Shown here one piece after another: positions 1-15,815 of a stretch of 64,000 nt of DNA. Positions within the stretch are counted from its first letter, which is position 1, and each line of letters begins with the position of its first letter. The notes beneath the pieces were generated by a model that did not search any database, had not been told where the DNA came from, and worked only from the letters and a program-made list of their open reading frames with translations. The position numbers and the translations under genes are program-made. Source of the DNA: Octopus vulgaris (taxonomy: Eukaryota); contig OX597827.1 of the NCBI GenBank assembly GCA_951406725.2, positions 42,904,001 to 42,968,000 on the forward strand. Direction: 5' to 3'.

Positions 1-185
1 TCAAGTTTTATCTTACAAACTAAAAAGGGAGCTTGACAAAATTAACTAAATTAACATAAATTAATGGTTTCATATTGTTTAATTTAAACTTTTTGTTTGT
101 TTTTGTAATTAAGATATAATCTGCTAATATATGAACGCGAAAGCGATAGTTGAATAACTGTAAACCTACTTTTGGGCCACCTTGT
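1..185. mobile_element. End of a Tc1/mariner-like non-autonomous DNA element
   Basis: Minus strand reads CAAGGTGGCCCAAAAGTAGGTTTACAGT at ~157-185, resembling CAGGGTG... Tc1/mariner TIRs, and abuts a (TG)/(TA)n tract. The partner TIR is not in the window. Confidence 0.4.
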
Positions 186-193
186 GTGTGTGT

Positions 194-344
<151 letters not shown>

Positions 345-621
345 TAGAAGGAGAGAGAGAAAGAGAGAGAGTGTAAAAGGGATAATATATCCTGGCGGAT
401 ATGGTGTTGCTCCTTAAATTGGTTTAGATGCTGGCTATTCACGGCTGTCTATTATTGAGTACACAAGCTTAAAAAGAGATAATGGCACTAGTAAACTTCA
501 CTCGGCGGGTAATCTCTACTCCCCTCTTCAAATTAACACAGAAAAAGGACCCTTCATCAGTTGTTAGCTGTCTATCTACTCCTCATTTTCAGCATTTAAC
601 CACACACACACGAACGCACAA

Positions 622-694
<73 letters not shown>

Positions 695-1191
695 TATCAA
701 AAGTAAAATGTAAACCTTTGTATAAGCTTTGATGTGTTAAGTACTGGCTATCACAGAAGTATTAAAATACAGCTATACATTCTTTGATAATGATAAGAAA
801 ATGTAAAAAACAGTTTATAAGAAAGTATTCTAGAAAGTATTCAAGAACGGGACTACAATAAGTATTTTGAGTTCAATAAAAATCATGTTTGTTTGGTAGT
901 ATATATATATATATATATATACAGAAGGAGATATATTTAAGAATTTACAAAAAATTGGAGAGGAATAACCGACCTGTCTGTCTGACATTTTCTGTCTTGT
1001 GTGTAGCTAAGCAATGTTTGCTATTTTGAGGGATAATGTGGGAGGTTTGTTGGCGGAGTGCGGAGAGAAATGAGGAATCAAAAAGATTTTTTTTTGTTTC
1101 TTGGCTAGTCTGTCATGGTTCAGTGGTTTTGGAGACTTGTCTTAGAGGTCAGAATGGTGTGAGTGAATGTGTGTGTCTCTGTGCACGTCTC

Positions 1192-1271
<80 letters not shown>

Positions 1272-1418
1272 TGTGTGTGTGTGTGCTTGTGTTTGTGTGT
1301 GTGGGCGGGGGTGGTTGGTGATGTGTGTGTGACCCCCAACTGAGATTCTTTACATGCTTGACTGAGTGTAGCTTCAGAAACATATAAGTAAAAATTAAGG
1401 ATAATACACGCGCGCACG

Positions 1419-1465
<47 letters not shown>

Positions 1466-1515
1466 GCACACACACACACGCGCACACACACACATACACA
1501 CACGCATAATGAAGA

Positions 1516-1694
1516 GACGAGATCCAGAGATTCTCAGTCTTGAAAACACTTGGTAGCGCTCAAATGAATGGTACTTAGATTCCGATGTATGTTCGAGGGA
1601 CCAATTCCGTGGGGGAAAGAATGGCTTTAAGAGAAATCAAAGTGAGCAGATATGGAGGCAATTATGCAGTTAAACAAATTAAATAAAATAGCTC

Positions 1695-1734
<40 letters not shown>

Positions 1735-1941
1735 ATGCAAACAAAGAGAGAGAGTGTAAAGACTCAAAACTCCCAGTCGATAAATATTTACGTATAAATA
1801 TTTAGATATTTATATTAACAGATCAAACTTACAAAGTACGAAACGAAAGAGAAAATTAAAGGGGGTGTATACATATATACATATTTTGTATATCAAACCT
1901 AAGCTGTCATATTTAGTTTGTTTATCCGCATAATTGCCGCC
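1516..1941 (-). mobile_element. Dispersed repeat, homolog of 36745-37138 (Penelope-like tail), internally rearranged
   Basis: AGACGAGATCCAGAGATTCT...GCAATTATGC (1516-1680) and 1778-1862 align in reverse to 36980-37138 and 36786-36870. The segment 1866-1941 aligns in the same orientation. Confidence 0.6.
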
Positions 1942-1943
1942 CC

Positions 1944-2012
<69 letters not shown>

Positions 2013-2461
2013 TATATGTTAATGACTGACTTGGACTCAATGCATGAGGCTTTTAATAAACCTCAAAGAAAATGATACATACATGCCTAGGTACGTACTT
2101 ATATACATCCCTACACACTTACAGGCTTAAAAACGTTCATTCACGAGAATACATACAGAAGGCAAAACGTACAAATCTGCACAGATACATACACACATCA
2201 TATATACATACATACATACATAATACATACATACATACATACATACATACATACATACATACATACATACATACATACATACATGTTTGTGTTTTCCAAT
2301 GAAGGCGCCTTGGACCTTGATTAGAAATCGACTCTTTATTGTCAAGAAATCTTGAAATAAAACTGAATAATGACATACATACATACATACATACATACAT
2401 ACATACATACATACATACATACATTCATACATACATACATACATACATACATACAAGTCTG

Positions 2462-2538
2462 GGCGGAAAGTCGCCTCGATCGCGAACGCACAACTCACGA
2501 TCGAAAGCTCGACGCTCTAACCACTGAGCCATGCGCCG
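2462..2538 (-). mobile_element. Degenerate tRNA-derived SINE head (family C-like)
   Basis: Minus strand GGCGCATGGCTCAGTGGTTAGAGCG contains an A box; the B box is degenerate. Confidence 0.5.
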
Positions 2539-2805
2539 TCACACATACATACATATATACATACGTACGTACGTACGTTTGTACATACATACATACATAC
2601 ATACATACATACATACATACATACATACATACATACATGCATCATGGTTGCAATTCGATTCCAAGTCATGGCGTCGTTGGATTGTTCTCTTAATGAGCAG
2701 CACAGATTTGGCTCATTACTCCGCCCGCCTCCCGGCGAATATTTTTCACCACGTTTCCTGCTAGTAGAATTCACAGAGGAGAACCTCGCCGCACGTCAGT
2801 GTGTA

Positions 2806-2872
<67 letters not shown>

Positions 2873-3240
2873 ATTCTCTAAGGATATAATATATGCACAC
2901 GCATATTAGCATGACAGATTATGCAATTAAATAATACATGCTAATCGTGAAGGTTTATGAGTGCTGTCTAGATTATATCGAATATGGATTTTACGTTAAG
3001 ATTTCAGGTACACACACACCAACTGTCTCCCCCCCCCCCACACACACACATATATACGTATATACACAAACACATATACACATGTGCATATATTTAAGTA
3101 CACTGAAATACGCAATTCCATTACTTACTTTCACACACACACACACATCAACAATTCACCCCCACACATACACACACACTCTAGCATATACGTTTCTACA
3201 CAAACACACACAAAAGTACACACATACACATTTTTAAATT

Positions 3241-3426
3241 CTTTTACTTGCTTCAGTCGTTTGACTGTGACCATGCTGGAGCACCACCTTTTAGTCGAGC
3301 AACTCGACTCCAGGACTTATTCTTTGTAAGCCTAGTACTTATAATATCGGTCTTTTTTGCCGAACCGCTATGTTACGGGGACGTATACACGCCAACATCT
3401 GTTGTCAAGCGATGGTGGACGGAGAA

Positions 3427-3500
<74 letters not shown>

Positions 3501-3673
3501 CGAGTTATATACGACGGGCTTCTTTCAGTTTCCGTCCGTCTACCAGATCCACTCACAAGGCTTTGGTCAGCCCGAGGCTACAGTAGAAGAAAATACTTGC
3601 CTAAGGTGCCACGCAGTGGAACGGAACCCGGAACCATGTAGTTGGGAAGCAAGCTTCTTACCTCACAGCCACT
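3241..3673 (-). mobile_element. SINE family A (tRNA head, CORE-like domain, internal (TA)/(TG) tract; OR2-like), near full length
   Basis: Head TGGCTGTG...GGTTCCGGGTTC, then CACCTTAGGCAAGT (similar to the MIR CORE GACCTTGGGCAAGT) and tail GACTGAAGCAAGTAAAAG. Matches the copies at 6773, 47778, 55817 and 62583. Confidence 0.85.
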
Positions 3674-4505
3674 TTTGAGCCTATACATGTGTATATATTT
3701 ACACAGACTGTAAAACACATGCTTCCAATACACACACACGCGCACACACACACATGTATGCACATCCAAATGTAGGCATATACCTACGTTTATATTCCTA
3801 CATAGGGGAGCTGACTACGAAGGTCGGATGCTAGAGCTGTGAAATGTTTCATGCAATTATTTTCATCCTTCATATTAATATGTAGACATCCAGTAAATAA
3901 ATTCCCACATGTGCACGTACACATACACACGCACTGATATAAGCACTGATATACATACACTCTCACATATAAATATACATACACACGAATGCATAAAATA
4001 TACGAACCACGCCCAGATTCACTCACTCATACACGTACACACACGCACACACACATGCAAACACACACATACACAATATTCACATACACACATGAACTCT
4101 TTTACCCTCACAGACACACCCAGTGAGAAACACACACTCATACACGCATGCCTTCTTGCTCACTCTCATTTTCACATACATGCACACACACACACCCAAT
4201 GACAACAAACACACATATAAACACACAGGCGCATGCACACACACGCAATACTTCACACGCAGGCACGTGACTTCACACTTACATACACACATATAGTCAC
4301 ACGCACACATACGTACACACTCATTCATTCTCGCATGTACATCCACAAACTTACATACGCATACATACAGACACTGAAACGCGCGCACACATTAAGAGAC
4401 AAGCACACGCACGCACACATATGCACACAAACTCATATTACCCTTAACTGTATTCTCCACCCGATAGACATCAATAAGGGAATGCTGGGTTCCAATCTTA
4501 ACATA

Positions 4506-4660
4506 GGCGTTGGATTGGCTGAGTGGTTAAGAAGCCCAAGTACTGTCCTACTGCACATCTTGCGCAAGTGATTTCTACTATTGCCCAGGGTCGAGCAATA
4601 CATTGTCAGTGTATTTTGTAGATGGAAACTGTGTGGAAACCCGTCGCATGTGTGTGTGTT
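4506..4660 (+). mobile_element. Old, diverged SINE family A 5' half
   Basis: GGCGTTGGATTGGCTGAGTGGTTAAG...CTTGCGCAAGTG...GGAAACTGTGTGGAAACCCGTCG. Confidence 0.6.
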
Positions 4661-5156
4661 TGTATGTTTTTGTGTTACGTGCATATACATATGTTCGTAC
4701 CCGTTTCCATGAATGTACTTAATGTGTAACATTGGTTTTTTCCAGTCGTTACACGGCTATATCTGGTAGCTATTTAAGCAATGTGTCGCTGGATGGTTAA
4801 TAAATAGGACTTGGCACTGAAGAAAGAGATAATTCTAAAATCATGCACATACACCCATCAACTGTCTTCGATCGCATTGTTTACTTTAGACGTATTCGGA
4901 TACTAGACGTCGCTCACTAGTCTTTGATCAGCCAATCAGCAAGAGGTTAGAATAGAAGGAACTTACCCAAGGTGCTTCACTGTGGGATTGAATCCGAAAT
5001 CATGTGGTTAGAAAGCAAGATTCGTTACCACATAAAAAAATTGTCCAACACAATCATTTTCAGCAATGAAAGTCAGCCCGTTCACTAAGGCAACGAGCTG
5101 ACAGAAACGCTAGCACGCCAGACAAAATGCTGTGCGCCTGAAATAGTTTTCTACAT

Positions 5157-5449
5157 TTTTCAGTCATTTGACTGCGGCCATGCTAGAGCACCGCCTTTAG
5201 TCGAACAGATCGACCCCAGTACTTATTCTTTGTAAGCCTAGAACTTATTCTATCGGTTATTTTTGTCGAACCGCTAAGTTACGGGGACGTAAACACACCA
5301 GCTTCTTTCAGTTTCAGTCTACCAAATCCACTCACAAGGCTTTGGTCGGCTCGAGGCTAAAGTAGAAGACACTGGTCCAAGTTGGCACACAGTGGGACTG
5401 AACCCGGAACCATGTGGTTGGGAAGCAAGCTTCTTACCACAGAGCCACG
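5157..5449 (-). mobile_element. SINE family A, internal microsatellite region deleted
   Basis: Both halves match family A and join directly at ACACCAG|CTTCTTTCAG. Confidence 0.8.
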
Positions 5450-6298
5450 CACGAATTAGAAAATGTTTACTAAATTCTGACCGGAACCTGTACATATTTA
5501 AAAAAATTTTTTTTCTTTTTTTTCATGTGGTTTCTGCTGTTAATATCACTTCACCGCAAGATCCATTATAAATCATGGAAACTTACTTTTTATTTTCTGT
5601 TCTTATTTTTTTTCCTTTTAATACTTTTTTTTTTCCGGCCAACGACATACATTAGACCGAGAAGGAGTTAATCGATAAACTAAAATAAATAGCAATTCCC
5701 ATTAGAAATAGAAATTAACAATTTATAAAATAAACTAATTACTTTCGTGGCAAAACAGTAAAATCTGAGAAAATTAGCGATGTTTTGCGTCAACAAAAAG
5801 TAATCTTTGTACAAATTAGCTGCAAGGCTAAATTTACGATTCCAATGCTTCATTTTTCTCAAGGCATCTCCGCAGCTCTTTTGTATGTGTTTCTTGGTTG
5901 TTCACCTTCAACTTGGTACACTGATGTCGTTTCCTTCAGCGTTTTTCTATTCTGCTATGATTTCTTGGCAGTAAAGTTCTAAATTGAAATTTTATTATTG
6001 CTGGCTTTTCTGTTCTTTTTTTTTCTTTATATTATTGGTCTTTCATTTATGATTTTGAAAATTAAAAACAAGGAAAAAAAGTAAAAAGAAAAAAGAAATT
6101 GCCGTCTGAGGTAATGCTCTGAGTTTTGCAAATATCATCACTTTATTACATATGAAACTAATTTCAGATGCACACAAGATAATATTTACAACAAAGATAA
6201 TTTGCATGAGTTGGCAGTGAAAGGTAAAAAGTATGAAACAAACGGATAGAAAAACGAGAAATGAGAAATAACAGTGTACACCACACACACACACAAAT

Positions 6299-6567
<269 letters not shown>

Positions 6568-6772
6568 TTGTTATTATTACTATATCCTTCATTATACCGA
6601 TACAGCTGGATGCAACCCCACATATATGTATACTCGTGTATATGTGTTTGTGTGCAAAGATAAATTAAGTATAGTGATATACTGTTGACAATCCAATAAT
6701 TTATTTATAATACAATATTACATTAAGTACTATGAATACAATATATAACATAATATTGTATAACATATATAA

Positions 6773-6942
6773 CGTAGGAGTGGCTGTGTGGTAAGTAGCT
6801 TGTTTACCAACCACATGGTTCCGGGTTCAATCCCACAGCGTGACACCTTGGCAAGTGTCTTCTACTATAGCCTCGGGCCGACCAAAAAGCCTTGTGAGTG
6901 GATTTGGTTGACGGAAACTGAAAGAAGGCCGTCGTATATATG

Positions 6943-6989
<47 letters not shown>

Positions 6990-7207
6990 TCGTGTGTCTG
7001 CGTTTGTCTCCCCAACATCGCTTGACAACCGATGCTGGTGTGTTTACGTCCCCGTAACTTAGCGGTTCGGCAAAAGAGACCGATAGAATAAGTACTTAGC
7101 TTACAAAGGATAAGTCCTGGGGTCGATTTGCTCGACTAAAGGCGGTGCTCCAACATGGCCACGGTCACATGACTGAAAGAAGTAAAAAGTAAAAAGTAAA
7201 AAGTAAA
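6773..7207 (+). mobile_element. SINE family A, full length
   Basis: CGTAGGAGTGGCTGTGTGGTAAG head, GGTTCAATCCC B box, CORE-like region and (AGTAAAA)n tail. Confidence 0.9.
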
Positions 7208-7735
7208 TTAAAAAAAAACAAAAAAGGCCAAGAAATTGTTTCAACTTGTATATATTTTTTTCTGATATACATAATCAGAGTTCCATTATCTATATAGGCA
7301 CTTCAGGGTCTTTGGTTTAGAAAACGACGAATTTCCGTGTAAAAGGACGGTTGGAAAGCAAGCTTCTTAAGACACAGCTACACCTACGGCTACGATATCT
7401 TTTAATTCCACTCCTATTCGTTGCTTAAGTTTGTCGGAATGTGGAACTGTTTCTTACATAGATCTCTGGGTAAAACCCATGTTTACAAAAGCCATCTGCT
7501 GTCGAGTTCCTCTCGAAGAGGGTCATGACATGACATGACATGCAGGATGCACCATCTGCAAGAATTCCTGCAAATTAAGCAGGTGTGGTCGTTATTTATA
7601 ATGATACACGTTCTCGCAACCAGCTGTTGACTTTCTGGGCTTCTTCTCTTGCAGTTACAGCTGTTCATATGAACAAACAAGTAAAACACTACTTCCTCAT
7701 ATAGCTGTTTTACCACGGGTGCTACACCGCCCCGT

Positions 7736-7789
<54 letters not shown>

Positions 7790-7864
7790 TTTCTCCCCCT
7801 CCCTCTCTCTGTTTCTCTCTCCAGTGGTATATTATCTGGAACGCGAAGGTGCTAAAACCCAGGA

Positions 7865-8243
7865 GTTGATGATGATGATGAGGAGGAGGAGGAGGATAAT
7901 AACTGCGGCGGCGGCGACGATGATGATGATGGTTGTGGTGGTGATGATGATGATTGATGGTGGTGGTGGTGGTGGTGATGGGGGTAATGGTGGTGATGAT
8001 GGTGGTAGTGATGATGATGATCATGATGATGATGATGAGGATAATGATAATGATGACGATGACGACGACGACGACAACGACAATGATGATGATGATGATG
8101 ATGATGACGATAACGATGATGATGATGACAAAGACGACGATGATGACGATGGTGATGGTGATGACGATGATTACGATGATGAGAACGATGGTGTTGATGA
8201 TAATGATGATGATGACGATGATGGTGATGATGATGATGAGGAT
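7865..8243. repeat. Compound (GAT)/(GGT)/(GAC)n low-complexity tract
   Basis: Seen directly; explains the poly-D/M/H ORFs. Confidence 0.95.
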
Positions 8244-8566
8244 AACTGGTACTTAATTTATCGAGCCCGAACAGATGAAAGGCAAGGTCGAACTCGGCAG
8301 AATTTGAACTCAGAACGTAGCGACGGACGAAATACCTATTTCTTTACTACCCACAAGGGGCTAAACAATGAGAGGACAAACTAGGACAGAAAACGGATTA
8401 AGTCGATTATATCGACCCCAGTGCGTAACTGGTACTTATTTAATCGACCCCGAAAGGATGAAAGACAAAGTCGACCTCGGCGGAATTTGAACTCAGAACG
8501 TAGCGGCAGACAAAATACGGCTAAGCATTTTGCACGCCGTGCTAACGTTTCTGCCAACTGGCGGGC

Positions 8567-8630
<64 letters not shown>

Positions 8631-8661
8631 TAACAACAAAAACAACAACAACAACAATAAC

Positions 8662-8727
<66 letters not shown>

Positions 8728-9439
8728 CCTTTCTACTGTAGGCACAAGGCCTGAAATTTTAGGGGAGGGTGCCAGTTGATTACATTGACCCCCAGTGCGT
8801 CACTGACACTTATTTCATCGACCACGAATAGGTGAGAGTTAAAGTTAACCTAGGCGGAATTTGAACTCAGAACATAAAGAGCAAGGGATTAAGTGGATTA
8901 CATAGACCCCAGTGAGTAACTGGAACTGATTTTATCGACCTCGAAAGGATGAAAGGTAACGTCAACCTCGGCGGAATTTGAACTCAGAACGTAAAGGGCA
9001 AGGGATTAATTCGATTACATAGACCCCAGTGCGCAACTGGTATTATCGACCTTGATAGGATGAAAGGCAAAGTCAACATAAGCGGAATTTGAAATCAGAA
9101 CATAACGGCAGACGAAACATCGTAAAGCATTTGAACTCAGACTGGGTGAGACGCTAAGTTAACCTCGGCCGAATTTGAACTCAGAACATAAAGACGAGCG
9201 AAATACCTATTTCTTTACTACCCTCAAAGGGCTAAACACAGAGGGGACAAGCAAGGACAGACAAACGGATTAAGTCGATTACATCGACCCCAGTGTGTAA
9301 CTGGTACTTAATTTATCGACCCCGGAAGGATGAAAGGCAAAATCGACCTCGGCGGAATTTGAACTTAGAACGTAACGGCAGACGAAATACCGCTAAGCAT
9401 TTCGCCTCGCATGCTAATGATTCTGCCAGCTCGTTGCCT
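8244..9439 (-). mobile_element. Two clusters of SINE family B multimers (8244-8566 and 8728-9439) separated by (AAT)n
   Basis: Repeated GGAATTTGAACTCAGAACG (reverse of the B box GAGTTCAAATTCC) and ATCGACCCCGAAAGGATGAAAGGC blocks. Confidence 0.85.
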
Positions 9440-9455
9440 GAGTGATAAAAGTAAT

Positions 9456-9612
9456 AACAAGAGCATTCAGAGAGCGCAAACCTCCCCCAAGGTAACACCA
9501 AAGTCCTCTCAACGATTAGCCAGATTAATAAAATGAGAATATCTGAACTAAACGCGACAGCTCCCGCAAATCAGAATACAAGAAATGAAACTGACCGCTC
9601 TAAAAAATTAAG
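9456..9612 (+). mobile_element. Possible Helentron/HINE-like element terminus
   Basis: AACAAGAGCATTCAGAGAGCGCAAACCTCCCCCAAGG resembles, from recall, termini of non-autonomous Helitron-related repeats in aquatic animals. Single copy here. Confidence 0.3.
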
Positions 9613-9618
9613 TATTTT

Positions 9619-9763
9619 GATATGAGATCACCATGTCGTGCACATATGGTTGTGATTCATGTGCCTAGTGTACCCCTATCAGACTGGTAGTCATGATAGA
9701 TATACTGGGCTTCGTATATTTTACCCCAGTGTCACTTTAATGGCATGCACTGCTCTCTCACTC
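9619..9763 (+). mobile_element. Element X, 5'-truncated, with (AAT)n tail
   Basis: Matches the 3' end of 29221-29752: TTTTACCCCAGTGTCACTTT.ATGGCATGCACTGCTCTCTCACTC-(AAT)n. Confidence 0.8.
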
Positions 9764-9787
9764 AATAATAATAATAATAATAATAAC

Positions 9788-9855
<68 letters not shown>

Positions 9856-10092
9856 GAAGAATAATAATAAAAATAAGAATAATAGAAATGATAACAAACA
9901 AATATTTTAATGGATAATTTGCAGTTATTGACTTGTTGTTATTGTTGTTGTTGTTGTTCTTGTTGCCGTTGCTATCGATGTTGCTGTTACTATTATTCTG
10001 AGTAATGTAAATATTGTTGTTGTTGACGTTGTCAATAACTGGATGTAGGTCACCTTCGCAATTTGCATAGACGAAGCACGCCATTTTCATAA

Positions 10093-11930
<1,838 letters not shown>

Positions 11931-12254
11931 TCTCTAGGAGTATGGTGTGCGTGCGCGCACGCGCTTCGCGCCATTGTTGTCTGTAAATAGATAGAATCAC
12001 TCACTAACTTTCCATACTGCTGCATCATCATCATCATCACAACCACCACCACCACCACTACCACCACCACCACCACCACCATCATCATCATCGTCTTTGT
12101 TTCTTTTCCGCTGTTTTCACTATTTTGTCACGAGATAGGATGCATATATTCATGTATGTATGCATGTATGCAAGCATGTATATATATATTATATATATAT
12201 ATATATGTATATGTACAAGTAAAGGCCTAAATATATATATATATATATATGTCT

Positions 12255-12291
<37 letters not shown>

Positions 12292-12707
12292 TGTTAACCA
12301 TCACATGATCGTTAGTTCTGGAAGTAAACTTTTGCCGCCATAGATAACATCAGGAAATGTGACATACATACAATAATTGTAATTCAAATTTTATCAAATT
12401 CTTGATTCCTTCTAAAAAAAAAAATATATATTTTGCAACGCATAATAATTTTCTAAAGAGAATTATTTATTACCTTAAAATATAATTATATAAAACACAT
12501 TTCTCATTTGTATAAACTCCTCTCATAACCACTGTCATTTAATTCCGATCCTTCTCTTCCAATTTCTCTTCTGTCTCCAGTATTCTCTCTCCTCGCAGTG
12601 TGTCGTGCTTCTTTACTCATTCCCTGCCACCAAGCCTAGTATGTGCAATCATCTTGCACCTCTTATATTATCTCTCACTGTATCTCTCCCCCTCCCCCTC
12701 TCTCTCC

Positions 12708-12753
<46 letters not shown>

Positions 12754-13254
12754 TCAGGGAAGTCAAATAAACACTCAATATTTATATCTGCTATAACTAT
12801 ATAGAAAGAGGCACTTTTTACATGGATACATATATATACATATATATATATCGCCCTGCACGCACTAACATATACATATTTTTTGTTTTTTTATCTCGCC
12901 TCACACACACATACACACACGCACACGCACACACTCACACATACATACACACGCACACACACATACCTCCCTGTTTCTGACCTGCCTTTCTCACTTGCTA
13001 GGGTACCCCCACACACTCCTTTAACTCTACTACTGCCTGCTACTAGCCACTGTCCACCATACACACACATACACACACACGCACACACACATACACACAC
13101 CCTCGTTTTCTCGCACACCTTTTTTACAATTCCCTCTTTGATTCAGCTCTCCTGTTTTTAAAAAACATTTTCCTCCTTTTTTACAACTTCCGTCTTTTCA
13201 GTATATGACCTCGTGAAGACTACCTGCAATTTTTTTTTCCTCTGTCCTCCCGTC

Positions 13255-13402
13255 TCGGGATCTTTCTTTCTCCTATGTTTCCGACGAAGAGCTCCGCTCG
13301 AAACGTCATACCCTCCTTCATCCATTTTCCTGAGCGCCTAATAATAATAATACTGTAATTGTTCCACGTGTTGTTGTTTTTTCTGTTTTCCCGTTTGGAT
13401 TA

Positions 13403-13406
<4 letters not shown>
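13255..13406 (+). mobile_element. Penelope-like 3' tail with a decayed minimal HHR
   Basis: CCGACGAA-GAGC-TCC-GCTC-GAAACGTC, then a T-rich tail ending in (TA)n. Confidence 0.5.
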
Positions 13407-13448
<42 letters not shown>

Positions 13449-13560
13449 CATACATACATACATACATACATACATACATACATACATACATAAGCTATAT
13501 GTGTGTGTGTGTGTGCGTAAGGGCATGTGTCTGTGTGTTTATATATATATATACATATGT

Positions 13561-13637
<77 letters not shown>

Positions 13638-13820
13638 CATACATAAACAACACACATACACACTCGTATATTGCGCTCTTGTTACAAAATTAAAAGTATT
13701 TTAACTCTCATTTCTTGCAATGTATGTGCTCCGGTACACTTAGTGACGATAAATGTTTCCTTTATAGTATTACATTGCGTCTAGCTGTTTATATGAATTA
13801 TATATATTAATCATCTATTA

Positions 13821-13862
<42 letters not shown>

Positions 13863-13864
<2 letters not shown>

Positions 13865-14040
13865 CCACTACACATTCTTTATTTTCTCTCCTTGTTTCTT
13901 TCTGTGTTCCTTTCTGTGGAAGGGCGTAGGCTCGAAACGTTAATGACTTTTTCACCTACCGAGCGTTAAACTAATACATCTGTTTGTTGTCTACACCACC
14001 TGTCTTCATCTTTTGTTTCACTTTGTGAATTCTCCCCCCT
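13863..14040 (+). mobile_element. Penelope-like 3' tail with a decayed minimal HHR
   Basis: TTT-CTGTGGAA-GGGC-GTAG-GCTC-GAAACGTT-AAT between (TA)n and (TG)n. Confidence 0.5.
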
Positions 14041-14072
14041 ATGTGTGTGTGTGTGTATGTATGTATATATAT

Positions 14073-14729
14073 ATGACGGGCTTCTTTCTGTTTCCGTCTA
14101 CCAAATCCACTCACAAGGCTTTGGTCGGCCCTAGGCTATAGTAGAAGACACTTACTTAAAGCAGCGAGCTGGCAGAAACGTTAGCACGCTGGGCGAAATG
14201 CTTAACGGTATTTCGTCTGCCGCTACGTTCTGAATTCAAATTCCGCCGAGGTCGACTTTGCCTTTCATCCTTTTGGGGTCGATTAAATAAGTACCAGTTA
14301 CGCACTGGGGTCGACATAATCGACTTAATCCTATTGTCTGTCCTTGTTTGTCCTCTCTGTGTTTAGCCCCTTGTGGGTAGTAAAGAAATAGGTATTTCGT
14401 CTGCCGCTACGTTCTCAGTTCAAATTCCGCCGTGGTCGACTTTGCCTTTGATCCTTTTGGGGTTGATTAAATAAGTACCAGTTACGCACTGGGGTCGACA
14501 TAATCGACTTAATCCGTTTGTCTGTCCTTGTTTCTCCCCTCAGTGTTTAGCCCCTTGTGGGTAGTAACGAAATAGGTATTTCTTCTGACTTTACGTTCTG
14601 AGTTCAAATTCCCTCTGTGTGTAGCCCCTTGTGGGCAATAAAGAAATAAGAAGACGCTCAAGGTACCACGCAGTGGGACTGAACCCGGAACCCTGTGGTG
14701 TGAAAGCAAGCTTCTTGCCATACAGCCAC
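14073..14729. mobile_element. SINE A 5' half (minus strand) interrupted by a SINE B multimer (plus strand, ~14160-14650)
   Basis: Family A sequence breaks at AGAAGACAC and resumes at AGAAGACGCTCAAGG. Confidence 0.8.
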
Positions 14730-14981
14730 AAACGTTTATTATTAATATGTATCATACCTACACACTGGTTGGCATATCGTTTGTGAATTGAAGAAGGCTT
14801 AATGATCAAGGACTTCGAGAGTGACCTCATCTTACAGAGTAACTTCCGTTAGTCTCATTGGTCAACCTTTTGACCTGGTGACCTCATACTTTCTAGTGTC
14901 ATGTCATGACATCATTCGCTGACTTTTCTTGGATACGTCACCAGTTTACATAACAGGCACAATGTCGACCGGTATAATGGC

Positions 14982-15815
14982 GTCGCCGCTACCGCCACCA
15001 TCACTACCTCCGCCAACACTATCACCACCGCCAACACCACCACCACTACCACACCACCATCATCATCATCATTATTCCCATCGTCAACACCTGCACCAAC
15101 AGCAGCAACAACGGAACCGTCGCTACTCGAACACCAACATCACCGCCGCAGCCACACCACTATCATCAACATCAGCAACACCACCAGCAACACCACCACT
15201 ACCAACACCAATAATACCACTACTACAACAACAACCACCACTACTAACACCACCACTACTAACATCAATAACGACTACAATGACGCCCACCACCAACGCC
15301 ACAACAGCTACAGTAACTACCACTAATACCACTAACGTCACTACCACCACTACAATCAACCTTACCACAACCACCTACACCACAACCACCTACACCACAA
15401 CCACCTACACCACAACCACCTACACCACAACCACCACAACCGCCACCACAACGACAAACATCATCACCACCACTTCGCCACCATAGCCACCACCATAACC
15501 ATAGCCACTACCACAACTTCACCACCACCATCGCCACCATCACCATCACTGCTGCCACTATCGCCACGCCACCACAACAATCTTCACCACCACCACCACC
15601 ACCACCACCATCGCTATCTCCACTAGCGCCACCATCACCACCACCACCATTGCTACCGCCACTATCGCCACCATCACTACCACCACCAACACCACCATCG
15701 CTACCTCCACTAACACCACCACCACCACCACCACTACCACCACCACTACCACCACCACTATCACCACCACTATCACCACCACCACCACCACCACCACCAC
15801 CACCATCTTCACCAC
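14982..15815. repeat. Degenerate (CCA)/(ACT)n tract
   Basis: Seen directly; gives the poly-P/T/H/G/V ORFs. Confidence 0.95.

Noticed and set aside
6773-6845. SINE heads as functional tRNA genes
   Set aside because: A and B boxes are present, but there is no complete cloverleaf and they continue into SINE bodies.
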